Positions 38,870-51,652 of a stretch of DNA of 64,000 bases are shown piece after piece. Each line of letters opens with the position of its first letter. Within the stretch, counting starts at the first letter, position 1. This stretch comes from the human T2T-CHM13v2.0 reference genome, Homo sapiens. Position numbers and translations under genes: made by a program. The stretch is taken from assembly GCF_009914755.1 (NCBI RefSeq), contig NC_060925.1. One strand, 5' to 3'. The notes under the pieces are model-generated. The model saw nothing but the letters and a program-made list of their open reading frames with translations. It did no database searches and was not told the DNA's origin.

Positions 38870-41049
38870 GGATCATGGATATAGGCTTGAATTATGAAAC
38901 AGTTAACACTCACAGGTGAGAAGAGCTCATTGCTGTCTTGACCAGGGTCTGAGAGACAATGCAGCATTAGGTATTGCTGAGACTCGGGAGGAAACAAACA
39001 CCAGAAGGGAAATGGCAGATGGGGAAAAGGGAAGTGTTATTTCCAAGACAGAGGAGGGAGGAGAGGGTTCGATTTCATCTTCATGCCTCTCAGTCAGTAT
39101 AAACAGAGCATCCTTTCTCTGGAACCTTCCTCCTAATCGAATCCAGATCTCCTTGGTTCAGGGTATAAACAGAAGTCAAGAACAAGGTCCAATATGGGCT
39201 TTGCAGTGCGATGACCTGGATTTTAAGTACAATACTGCCACTTACCTAGTGCACTGGAGTGAGTTAATGTCAGTGAGCCTCAGTTTCTTCACCTATAAAA
39301 CCTATGGTCATTCCATTCCCTTGCAGGGTTGTCATGAAGATGAACTGAGGAAGGTTGAAGCAGTTGGCACTTAGTAAGCTCAGTAAGTGTAGTGTTTGCT
39401 GCTTCTTGAACGGGAAATACACAGGAGCAGTATAAATACCCATATCAAATGTGGGAAAGGGTGTATATAGTCATAGGATGAGTTAAAACTTTTTGAAAAG
39501 TTATTACACATACACAGAAACAATTCAAATACGGAAAAAAGGCATCTATAAAAAAATGGATCTCCTTCTTACCCATCCTCCTAGTTCCCAAGCCCCCTCT
39601 CTCAAAAGATAATAAGGTTAGTCCCTCCTGTTTGAAGAGCTACATTGCAGAATCTCCTTTATTTCATTCTTGTGCTTTAATCATCTCAACCTCCAAAATA
39701 TTTATGTTGCTTTCTCTTGCCTGAGAGCCAGTTTTACAGAAAACATGATTTGAAACAAATAAAGAAGCATTTCCCACATTTGTTCTACAAAGGATTTGTT
39801 TTCTCACACCCTGATGCCCCAGACAATTACATCTGCCTTGCTGGCACCTTGAGTGGCTGCTGCTGTGCTTCTGTGTGATACTGAGAGGCAGAAGCCGGAG
39901 CTGCGAGTTATGAGGTGTGAAAGGTGCCATGTTGAGGTGGGCTTCCGTGGGCATTTGAGGAGGCTGTCACTGCACCTGCCCCACTGCCTTTTCTCACTCA
40001 AGTGTGACTTACCCTGGTAATTGGCTCCTGCAAAACAGCCTTTAGTGACAGGGGCATTTGAGAGCAAGCCTCTGGACCCTTGGGGTAGCAAATGCCACAG
40101 CTGAAATCTCTGGCAAAAGATAAGCAGCCAAAGCCAAGGAACATTTCCTCTGGGTCCCTAAAAATGCCATTGATGTAGATTCCTGCTTGGGTTCATCTTA
40201 CGGGGACTTAGTACCAGTGATGGGACCCTTTCCTCCTTCCCCAGGAGAGGCTCAGCCACATGACTCCTGCAAGGTCCTCATGAAGACAAGGAGCTTGGTT
40301 GTGTCCAGTTGATTCCAGCCCTGGGAAGGTGCTGCTCCACTGCAAGCGTTTCAAGTCCCAACCTATGGGGAATGGGACTGACTGACTGTTTCAAGGGCCC
40401 TATGCCAGGCTTGTCTGTCAACTCACAGAGCCAATGAGAAGGAAAAGTAACTCCAAAAAGGAACTGTTTTGCCTTGTGTAGATGCTTCCTCCACGTGACT
40501 GCAACAATTGCCCTGACAGCACAGGTTCTAGGCTCTTGATTCTAGAATCTCATTTCCATTTGCTCAATGGACATCTCTTCTGAAGTCCAGGGGATATAGT
40601 ATTGCTCCTGGCCTCAGGAACTGTAACAAACTGCAGAACAGTTACATGAGTGCAGAGGTATGTGTGAGTAGACGGAATGGCTGAGCCCTGCAGCATGAGC
40701 TGGGGCAAGGGGAGGAAGGGGCATCCACAGAGGGCACAGCTTGGGCAAAGGCCTGACGAGAACAGCACAGCATGTGCACAGAACTTAGTTCTGTCTACAC
40801 ATCCACAGTCTTTCCAATATTCTGAGTGTCCTATAATTACTTTTCCTTATTTTTTCCCTTCCTTCCTTTCTTGAATAAGAGTTCTGAACTCATTACCTCC
40901 ATTGAGGACCTAGGAACTACTAGTTTGAAGTATCTTCATGGGGAAATTGGCTATCCAGCCAGAACATCCCCGTTTCTGAAGAAAACCTGTGGGATGTGTC
41001 ATTTCAAACTCAGAAGGGCACTCAAATGAGCCCCTGGCAAGCTGAACCT

Positions 41050-41545
41050 TAAGGATAAGGCCTATTCCACTCCAGCCACACTGAGCCTCTACAGCTCTTG
41101 ATGAGATCAGGCTCGATCCAGCCTCAGGTCCTTTGCAGGGCTCATTTCCTCTTCCTGGTAAGTGCCTTCTCTAGGTATCTGCATGACTCTTCATCTAAGT
41201 CTGTGTTTCATCTGCTACCTTCTCTTACCACCCTATTTTAAGCTCCTCAACAAACTGCATTCTTATTTCCTGCCTTATTTTCCTTCACAGCACTTACACT
41301 AACACGACATATAGTTTATGTACTAATATTCTTCATCACTCCCCAACTCCCAATTAGAATGCTAGCTCCTGAAGGTTTTGTTTGCTTTGTTCACTCCTGT
41401 GTCCTCTGCACCTAGAGCAGTGCCTGTCACATAAGTGTTACGTAGGTGTGCCCTACATAGGTGTGCCCTACATAGGTGTGCCCTACATAGGTGTATGTGT
41501 ATATGTAGGTGTGCCTTACATATTTGTTGAATAAATAATAAATGA
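41050..41545 (+). mobile_element. L2 3' end containing a 15-bp tandem repeat
   Basis: ...gttcactcctgtgtcctctgcacctagagcagtgcctgtcacata...atttgttgaataaat; unit taggtgtgccctaca at 41443, 41458 and 41473. Confidence 0.8.
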
Positions 41546-41821
41546 ATATTTATGAGGGCTGAATAATGGAAATGAAGAGAGGTAATTGGGCCCATTCTTC
41601 GCGTCTACTTGGTTGTGGACCACAAGAGAAATTACTGGGAAACTCCTCAGCTTGGTTTTCAAGCCCCTGCTCCGTCGACTCTAAGACCCACTCTCCTCTT
41701 TCCTAGAGGCCTCATGTCCCTCTACCAGACTTAGGTCATAGGCATCTTCACAGAGTCATTCGGGAGCCTTGGGGCTGGGAAGGCAATGCCGTGTTCCTCT
41801 TTGCATCCCCTGTATAGTAGA

Positions 41822-42219
41822 TGATATAGTTTGAATGTGTCCCCATCCAACCTCATGTTGAAATGTAATCTCCAGTGTCGGAGGTGGGGCCTGGTGGGAG
41901 GTGTTTGGATCCTGGGGGAGGATCCCTCATGTACTGGTGCTGTCCTTACCACAGTGACTGAGTTCTCACGAGATCTGGTTGTAGTAAAGAGTGGCACAAA
42001 CCCCACTTCTTGCTCCTGCTCTGCCATGTAAGATGCCTGCTCCCGCTTCACTTTCTGTCATGAGTAAAAGCTCCTTGTGGCCTCCCCCTAAGCCGAGCAG
42101 ATGCCAGTACCATGCTTCCTGTACAGTCTGCAGAACTATGAGCCAATTAAACCTCTTTTCTTTATAAATTACCTAGTCTCAGGGATTTCTTTATAGCAAT
42201 GCAACAACAGCCTAACACA
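41822..42219 (+). mobile_element. MaLR solo LTR (MSTA/MSTB-like)
   Basis: tgatatagtttgaatgtgtcccc...attaaacctcttttctttataaattacc...cctaacaca; perfect TSD GTAGA (41817-41821, 42220-42224). Confidence 0.9.
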
Positions 42220-44639
42220 GTAGATGTTTGTTATACTGAACCTCTGAGGGGCTGCCTTCCTTTCCAAGTTCCTGCCTCCTAGTGCGATTTGGTAACAAAG
42301 GAGCTAAACAGAGATACAGGAATTTCCCTGTTCATAGCTTCTGGTTTCTGCCTAAGTGAGCTCACCAGCAGAAAAATCTTTCATTCAGGAGGGAAGGAGG
42401 CATTACTGAGCTGGAGCCCTCTGTCAGCTTTCATGCTATTTTTCCTGCGACTTTGGTAGGAGCCTCCCTGCCTCTAAGATCCCAGGATGAGTGGTCACTA
42501 AGTAACTCAGCACTCGGACTCACTGTGCATGCACACGCAATCACTTTGCAATGAGCTTCAGCCCATCCATCCTGAGACCTCCTGGTGTCTTTTCCATCTT
42601 TAGGGGAGATGGGACTGTGTGATAGAATAACACAGTAAGTAGCAAACTGTCAGGGGAAAGCCTGGGAAAGAAAAGAACACAGGGCCAGCTGGGATCAGGT
42701 TTGGGATTGGACCTCTTTTCCAAAATGTGTTTCTTCATAGAGCACGTGAATCAGCCTAGAATTCTCTTGAAATCAACCTTCCTAGAATTGGCCCAGGTGA
42801 GGGGGATTTCCTCAGGGCTGGGGATGGGATGTGCCCCTCAGTCTTTTCCAGACCTTAGCAGGGCTTCTGGACACTCTCAAGGATCCCTGACACAGCTACC
42901 TCAGCACCTACTTCCCAAGGCAGCAGGAGCCTTCAGCTAGAGAGGCGTGTGGTGAGGGGCCCAGTTTTTGACTGAGCTGGTAGGTGGATGAATTGGTGTA
43001 TCAGTGGACTATCACTGATACTCCCTGGGGCTTCAATGGTATTTAGAAAGAGGGAAACATAGGGGTCTCACATCCTAAAGGGAAGTGGTTTTCTGGGGCA
43101 CTCCCATTTCTGTGGTAGCTTTTGGCATGGAATTGAGGCCACACATGAAATAGGTGACTTACTGTTACTGCCCAGAAGCCCCTCAGCCCTTCCATGCCCC
43201 TGGAATGGGTTCACAGCTAGGATTGTAGCTAGGATTCAGGGCTAGGATTGTAGCTGTGTGGCAGGTTCTTATGTTGGAGGCTCACACTGCCTGGAGGGCT
43301 TATCTCTGCTGGAAGCAGAACAGATGGAGGCACAAAACCCAGTGGAATAAGTTGGAGCATTCCCTGCCTCTCTCCCACCTGAAAGGGGAGGGAGAAGCTT
43401 GGGCTGAAACTCACCCCACCCTCAGTCCTCTCTCAAGGGCCTTTCCTTGGGGTGGCAGCCTCTCCATCCCTGAGTCGGCAAGACCCCAGCTAGCTAACAG
43501 CAGGGGCAGAGGATGTCTCTCTTTGCTGAGCTCAGGATAAGCTATGTGGCTAAGCTAATGGACTTATTTGTTGGACCTTAGTGTTCTTCTCTGAAAAATG
43601 GCATGGCTGCATAATATGCAGGCTTCTTTCTCAGCTTTAAACTTCCACACCAGAGCCATGAAAAGCACACTGGATAGACAAGATTGGGAAACTTCAACTC
43701 AAGCCCCAGCTCTGACATTTATGAGACTGTTTTTTCATATGTAAATCAGGGCTAGTAACACCCACAGGGTTGTTGATAGGATGAAGTGAAGTACCACTAT
43801 ATGTGTCAAAACTTGGTAAGCCATGAGGCTTTATACAATTGAGAGGGCGTAGGAATCTCTGAATCTGAGAAAGAGAGATGCATGGAAGTCAGGGGACATA
43901 TTGGATCTTAACTCTTGGGGAGCTAGGCCTGTTCACTTTTCTTTTAAACTAAATTGCTTAGCTCTGCAAGTGGATGGCAGCCTCATGGCTGCTATTTATT
44001 TGACATTGAGGAGATATTTGTGTATCATTAAATACTCAAGAGAATCAGACTGCAAGCCACCTCTTGATAACCTTGAAATGTAGCCTGGTCATGGGCGCCC
44101 TAAGTTCTCCTACTTCCCACTGAGGGGCACTGCTCCTCTAGGGGTTGGGATCTCTGGAAGAAGTATGATTTGGGGGATCATTTCTGCCATCAGTTTAATA
44201 TTTTGGAATTCAGAAGTGGAGAGTCAACTCAGAATTGCCCAGGGATGAACTCTTCACCCTGCTGCATTTGCCACTGACTTAATGGACTCCTCTGTTCCGA
44301 GTGGGAAAGGGATGTGAGGAACAGAAAAAACTCAAAATTCTCCACCAGGTACCATTTTTTTTCATCCTCTCAGAATCTTAACAAAGGGTCCCTAGGGCTT
44401 CAGTTGGAGCCCATTTATCTTTCCTCAGTGATGGGAAATAACTGGTTCCCCTCATCTTCAATGTAGATAGTCTTACGAGGGTGAAAAATTACCACGGACT
44501 AGCTGTTGAGCTGAAACAAAGACACATTCTAGAATTTGGGGGATAGATTTGATTTAAACTATTTTATGCCTTGATCAGGCTAGGGACAGACATTTTTGGT
44601 TTGGAAACTATGATCATCATGATTTTAGCATCCTCATAT

Positions 44640-44931
44640 CTTTTTTTTTTTTTCTTCAGAGATGGGGTCTTGCTCTGTTGTCCAGGCTGGAGTGCAGTGG
44701 CAAGATCATAGCTCACTGCAGCCTTAAACTCCTGGGCTTGAGCAATCCCCCCATTTCTGCCTCCCAAACAGCTAGAACTAGAGGCATGTGTCACCATTCC
44801 TGGTTTTTAATTTTTTTGGTAGAGATTTCCATATATTACCCAGGCTGGTCCCAAACTCCTGGGCTCAGGTTATCTTCCCACCTCAGCTGCCTACAGTGTT
44901 GAGATTATGGGTGTGAGCCACCATACCTGAC
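44640..44931 (-). mobile_element. AluJ element
   Basis: gatcatagctcactgcagcc...ctcctgggctcagg. Confidence 0.9.
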
Positions 44932-46071
44932 TTTCATCTCCATTTTATTTACTCCTGAAGTTACTCCATTTCTATCTTGGTTCATTCTCTATCTTTCCTC
45001 CTGAAAATGAGACTTCCTCACTCCCTTCATTTTGAACCTAGGCTCATCAAGATATCTTTGTTTTGGGGGGTTTAATCCAATTTCTCTTGGAATCTTGGTG
45101 AGGAGCCTCAGAGGCAGGGATAGGATAGTTTTCCATATCCCCAGGCTGGGTGGGGATGGCTGAGGAGCTACCAGTCTTTACTTGTTCTAAAGTCTCCCAC
45201 TCTGACCATGGGTTCAGAGCTATGATTGTAGCTAGGATTCAGAGCCAGGATTGTAGCTGTGTGGCAGGGGAGAAGACAGAAGGCGACATTTGCAGCTCTC
45301 TGAAGGTACACTTTTATTTTTGTAGTTATTTATTTATTTATTTTTTTGAGGGCAAGAACCTTCCCTTTGTAGAAGCACAGGGATTGGGCAGCTAAGCTTC
45401 AGAAGCTTTTCAGAAAGTAGAGTATGCCTCTCCTCTTATAGTTTGTACCTCCTAAGATCTCCCTTCTAAGATCTGCTAAGCAGAATTCAATTTTATTTAC
45501 TGGCTTAGACTGATGGACTCGGTACCAGCTGCCTTGCAGGCCAATGCGACACTTTTTTCTGTTCACTGGTGGGCATTCTCCAATGACTAGGATAACAAAG
45601 AGGAAGAGGCCTGAAACAGGAATAAATCCAACTGGTTGTTCACAGCCACCTCTACACCCCAGGGAACCATCACATGCTTGGCCATTTCTCCACACTTGCA
45701 CTGTGTACAGTGAGTGCTCAGAGGCTGGTCACAAAGGCCACGTGTTGGTGCTTCTTCAATACACTTACTGTAATTATGCACATGCTTTTAGAGAACACCT
45801 TAGAAGTGGGCTTGCTTTGAATCCATTTGAATCAGATAATTAGTTTACAGACAGAAAATATATACTGTTTTAATTTTTCCAACTTGAGTAAGGATTGCTT
45901 TGGGAGTTGTGTGCAGTGTGTTATAAAAATAACTTTTAATTATATTTATTTACTTAATGAATCACACAGATGATAGGTGAGTGGAGTTTTGAGACAGCCT
46001 GTAGAGTTGCCCCAAAGCCTCACATTTGTACTGTGCCTTATGATTTATAATGTAATTTCACACCCAGTCTT

Positions 46072-46365
46072 TTTTTTTTTTTTGAGATGAGTCTCACTCT
46101 GTCACCCAGGCTGGAGTTTAGTGGTGCTATCTTGGCTCTCTGTAGCCTCCGCCTCCTGGGTTCAAGAGATTCTCCTGCCTCAGCCTCCCGAGTAGCTGGG
46201 ATTACAGGCATATGCCACTAGGCCCAGCTATTTTTTTTGTATTTTTAGTAGAGATGGGGTTTCACCATGTTGGCCAGGCTGGTATCGAACTCCTGACCTC
46301 AAGTGATCTGCCTGTCTTGACCTCCCAAAGTGCTGGGATTACAGGTGTGAGCCACCATACCCGGT
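46072..46365 (-). mobile_element. AluS (AluSx-like)
   Basis: TSD tcaca(c/t)ccagtctt at 46058-46071 and 46365-46378. Confidence 0.93.
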
Positions 46366-48357
46366 CACATCCAGTCTTATGTTTGCAGGGAACATTTCAA
46401 GGTTTTGTATACCTAGTAAGAGGCAATGCTGGGTCTCTATTTTAGATGTTCCAGCTTCATGTTTTGTGCTTTTTACAAGTGCATTGAGAAAATCATATGA
46501 TGAAGTCAAAAGAGCCATACTGGGATCCTCACTCTAATATTTAACAGCTGTGTGAACTTGAGAACGTCATTTTATTTTTCAAAGCTGCAGTAAATGGACT
46601 CTCCATGGATTATGGTAAAAACAGTAGATGATAAACCTGATTCTGCTCTGAAATGTATAAAGCATAGATGTGAAGCCTCTAATGGAATAGGATGCCTGTT
46701 AATGCATAAAGGAGGTGCCTGGAGAGGCCAAAAATTATCTTTATTAAGTGTAATAATTGGTAGTTGCTTCTTGGTATAGCCCAGACATAAAGGAAACAAC
46801 TCTGTCCTCTTGGTTCCCCTCATCTGTTCTTGTTTTTTAATTCTCCCATAATATTTCTCACTGCCTAACATACAAATTTCTTTATTTATTATGTCTACAG
46901 TCTATCTTTCCTCTCACTAGAATGGAAGTTCTAGGAGGGATGGATTTTTGTCTGTCTGGTTTGCTGAGGAGTTCCTAGCATCTAAAAGTCTGGCACATGG
47001 CAGTCACATAATAAGTGCTTGCTGAAATAGTACATCCTTTTGCTCTGCAGATCACTCCAGTGATCTTTAGCTATGAAAATGTAGGGCTTCAGGGAGAAGA
47101 AGGCATGGAGGACGTGGAAAAGTTCATTAGAAGCTGGAACTTTCTGCAAGGCAAGGAACTGACAGCTCAGCTCCTCTTCGTCAAGGTTTGAAACAGGGAT
47201 TCCCATGGGAGCTCCAAGGGGGCCCACACCTGGGCTGGGAGCCCAAGAAAATTGGCAGGTCACCAACTTGGGGAGGACAGTGGTTTAGGTTGTTGACTTG
47301 GGTGTAATGAACACACTTAAGAGATTTGTGAGGGAGTCTGTTTCAGCACAACTTAGGAATGATTCTGGACAGGCCTCCAGTACTGGCCCCTTGGCGTCAT
47401 TCTGCTTTGAGAATAATGACTTGGTATGCCAGAAGCTATACCAAGGTGATAACTTGTGTCCTGGGCTTCCTGGCTGCAATGAACTGCCATCTTCCTTTAT
47501 GCAGTGGGCAGGGAAGGCAGGAACAGGTTAGTATGCCCGGCTTCTGCTTGGGGTTTTGAATCTCTTGGGACTGAGTTCAGGACCCAGGGTTTTTGAGAAA
47601 TTGGAATTAGATGGGCTGGGAAAACCTTAAAAAGGGATTACTTTGCTCTCTGTTAACAAAACATAAGATGGTTCAGGTAATTAATTTCAAAAATAAAAGA
47701 AATGTGACCATATATGTAACATGGCAGGCTATACCATTTCTTCACGTAGGTAACAATAAATATATAGTTTTGTTTGAATATTGTTTTTGCTCCCCCAAGT
47801 AACTTCATTAAATATATGACAATTTGGTTTTCAAAAAATCAGACACATCCCTGTTCCCTTTTCCAAGTTAACATGGAACTTACAGTTTTTTTTAAGTGAG
47901 AAAGAAATACCACTTGTATTTTCAGTTTGCCTCAACTGTCACTATATTCTACCAACCCTCACTCATACATTTGTGCTGTATATATACACACATACATGCT
48001 GCAGTGTGTTCAGCAATTGCCAGTTCCTTATTTATTTCTTGAAATGAATGAACTAAGAAAAAAGTGCCAATTGTTCTTTCCAGAGATCATGCATTCTGAT
48101 AGAGAAGATGCAGGAATCCCTTTTCTAAAATGTGTCTGCAAAGCTGCTTGCTCCAGAGTTGAGCATGTGCTGCTCAGGCCACCTGGTGAGGGTAGAGGCG
48201 TCTTAGTTAGACATATGTATATTTAAAAATACTCCCTCACCCCATGACATGCATGGCAGAGGCCCTTTTCTTAAATTTTTTTTCCAGGAGTGATAACCAC
48301 TATTTACCACTTTTTATTTCAATATCTGGGTCTCCTTGCTCTCCCTCTTTTGACTGG

Positions 48358-48415
48358 TGTGTGTGTGTGCGTGTGTAGAGAGAGAGAGAGAATATGAATG
48401 AATGAATGAATGAAT
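48358..48415. repeat. Compound (GT)n(GA)n(TGAA)n microsatellite
   Basis: Direct reading. Confidence 0.9.
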
Positions 48416-48913
48416 GTGAATTAGTGACTTTCAGCCCTCTTAAAACTGTGGACCCCACAGAAGGGTCATATATCTTGTGGAAAGATCAGAGTGCAGGTGG
48501 TGGGGACGGGCAGGAGGAGGGCTCTAATAGGCTAGGTCTTCAGTCCTGTCAACCTCCATAGTTTTCAGAATCCAAGTACACCTCAAGACCTCTCTTCCAA
48601 CCCTGCAGTTCCCACTCTTGCCTGGATGAATCTGACCATTTACGTATACCAACACTCAGGGAGAGAAGGCAACATTCCAGAAACCTAACTGCCTCAGGAA
48701 CTCAAACTTTAAGATGACCTGTTTTGATCAGATCCTAGGTGGCAAACATTAAGCTAAAGTAAAATAATTTAGCAAAAGCAAAGCAGAATCTGGTCAAGGG
48801 TGTTCCAGGAAGAAATGGTAGTACGAAAGAGATGGAAGGGCAAACTTTATCCTCTGATTCTAGAATGTTCTCTTTCTCCCAATTTCACAGCACCGAATCA
48901 TAGATGAGGAGAG

Positions 48914-49255
48914 TGCTATGTTCCAATATTTGTATCCCCCACAAATTCATGTTGAAATCCTAACCCCCATGGTGATAGTATTAGGGGGTAGGGCTTTTGG
49001 GAGGTGATTAGGTCATGAAGACAGACCTCTTGTAAGAGAGGCCCAAGGAAGCTCATTTGTCCTTTGCACCACGTGAGGGCACAGCTGGAAGGTGCCAAGT
49101 ACGAACTAGAAAACAGGGCCTCCCCAGTCATCGAATCTGCCAGAGCCTTGATCGTGGACTTCCCAGCTTCCAGAACAGTGAGAAATACATTTCTGTTGTT
49201 TATAGGCCACCCAACTTAGGATATTTGGTTATAGCAGCCCCAAAAGACTAAGCCC
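48914..49255 (+). mobile_element. MaLR solo LTR (MLT1A0/MSTD-like)
   Basis: tgctatg...cccccacaaattcatgttgaaatcctaaccccc...ttatagcagccccaaaagactaag. Confidence 0.85.
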
Positions 49256-50590
49256 AAAGCGTGTCATTAGGGAGAAGGGTGAGGATCCCTTTCTTCCCCT
49301 TACAGTTGTCCATGCTTTTTCCCATCTTAGAATTGTCTTTTGGACCAAATTTGATGGCAACATTATGCCTTAGCCTGCCAGAGCTTTCCTAGCTGGGCAG
49401 GATTCCTGCATCTGCCCTCTGTATGTTCCAGAGCTTGCTTGTTCCTGGGGCCATCCCCAGGTTTTGTAGAAAACCAGGCACTGCATCTTTGAGGACAAAA
49501 TTAAAGAGAAAACATATTTTGTTGTTGTTGTTGAATACACACTGTATTTAACTTTTTTTTAATCCCAGAGAAGTGAAATGCAACATCTGTTTGAGTTTAT
49601 GTAACATCTGAAGACTGACAACTCAGAATTTCCTAATTAAAGTCATTTTTAAGGCACTCTGCAGAGCCAGCTTTCATTTCTTCCTTCATTGGGTTTTTCT
49701 CCAAACTGTAGCAGAATACCTGGTTTCTCTTTCTTCAAAGTGATACACACATGCTCATGCCTTAACCTGCTCTTCTGTCCTCCAGGACAACGAAACACAG
49801 CACAATTCCAAGGAGGAAATGGTAAAGGAAGGAAATACATGGTGTAGGGGAGCAGGGTAAGGAGACAGCAGAGAGGACACGTACAAGTAAATTAACTGAT
49901 ATAGTCAGTCATAGCTGAAAAGATAAAGAGCAGAAGGGAAATTGAACAGGGTGGGGTGGGCCAGATGGCTGGCAGCCGGTGAAAAAATAGGCTACGTTTC
50001 CCAGCGAGATCTAAATTAATTTAGCTAGTTCCCTGTTTTGTTTTTGTTTTTTTTGGGTTTTTTTTTTTTCATTTTTAAAGATAGGGCCAATGCAAGGGAG
50101 GTATCTCAAAATTATGGAGGGTATAATGTAGGCAAGTGTGCTTGCTTGTGCTCATGCACTTATGAAGGGCTGCGCTTACAGACAGGTATGACTCGGGGGC
50201 TCTAAAATGCCCTCCTGATATAAAAGAATCTCCCTTACTGGCCCACTTCTGTGCCTGAAATTCCCACCACTACAGCCACTCTTTCTGATTAAGGCATTAT
50301 CTGTAGCCCCTATTAAAATGTAAATGTCACCTGGGAAGGGTAACACTCGACTCTTTAGCACCCACTGACTGAACTGTCACCTATCAGAGAGTAGGACCCT
50401 GAGAGATGGGACATAGGGCAGGGACATTTGGACTGATGGGGAAAGAAGGCTTGGTGGTATGGGACACTGGAGAGGGAATGGCTGGGCAGCTGAGGGGAGT
50501 GTGTGAAACAATGCTTGCCCCGGGAAATTACTTAGATGGAGGAGATGGGATGGCAAAATGAACTTACCCACATCACAGGTTTCCCTAGGC

Positions 50591-50592
<2 letters not shown>

Positions 50593-50629
<37 letters not shown>
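50593..50629. repeat. (GT)n microsatellite
   Basis: About 18 units. Confidence 0.95.
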
Positions 50630-50631
<2 letters not shown>

Positions 50632-50926
50632 TGTGTCTAACAGTTTGTATATATTATACATTCTATGTATATACCTGATATGGAGTTCACTGGGGCCCAT
50701 CATGAACATAATACAGTGAAACTCCATCAAGTGAAAGATAACGAAAGCCCTCAACTGTTTTCATGTAGAATGTAATCACATGTAAAGTGAAGCCTGGCAT
50801 CTCTATAGATCTAGATGGTTTGTATGTAGACAGTGTGTGCACATGTACGTGTACACGCACTCACACACACATTTACTCATACCCAGCAGTGGAGATCTTG
50901 TAGATGTGAAGGGTGAGATGCCTCTT

Positions 50927-50993
50927 CTCAGCCATCTAGGATTTGAATGCACAGTAGCTGCTGCATTGTGGATCCAAATCCTAGATGGCTGAG
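50927..50993. repeat. Inverted repeat / hairpin with 29-bp arms and a 9-nt loop
   Basis: ctcagccatctaggatttg (50927-50945) is the exact reverse complement of caaatcctagatggctgag (50975-50993); the stem extends inward with 3 mismatches. Confidence 0.92.
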
Positions 50994-51489
50994 GAGGTTG
51001 GTTGTTGGAAAAAGGACTTGCTGGGGGAGCACTGTGACCCCTTTCTCTGTTAACAGTAGATCCTCATTCAACTCAGGTGGCTCTGCAGAAATGGCCAAGG
51101 CTTGGGTTATAAGACTTACATGGGCCATACCATCAAGACTGGGGCTTGGAGACAGAAATGTCGCCAAAGTGCCCTTTAAACTTTTGGAGTTTGGGAACCT
51201 GGAGAAGGTGCAGGTGAACAGAGAATCCTGCAGAGAGTAGGTTTCTGCTCCTAGAAAAGCTGGAAATTGTTTGGGAGCAGCCCCCAGGCTGGATGCAGGA
51301 ACCAGCCTCAGAGTACCACTCATGGGACCTGCCCCCTCTCCAGGGATCTGCTATGGTTGGCTGAGCTGATGGGGAAGGTGCAGAGAGGAGAAGGGGCTGG
51401 AGGAACGGGAAGAGGACTCCAGAGAAAGCTTGGGAAGTAGAGATGAAAGAATCTGGGTGGGGAGGGGCAAGGGAGAGGTGATACTAGAA

Positions 51490-51652
51490 CTTTCCAACCC
51501 TATTTTCACATTAGAGTCATCTGGGTAACTTAAAAAACTCCGATGCCCAGGATCTACCCTTCGATGCTATAATTGGTTTGGGCAGGGGACCGGGCATGGA
51601 TATTTTTTAAGCTCCTCAGATGATTCTAACGTGCATCTGATGTTAGAATACT
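51490..51652. mobile_element. MER5-type hAT-Charlie fragment
   Basis: cacattagagtcatctggg...cttaaaaa...gatgcccagg...aagctcctcagatgattctaacgtgca. Confidence 0.7.
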
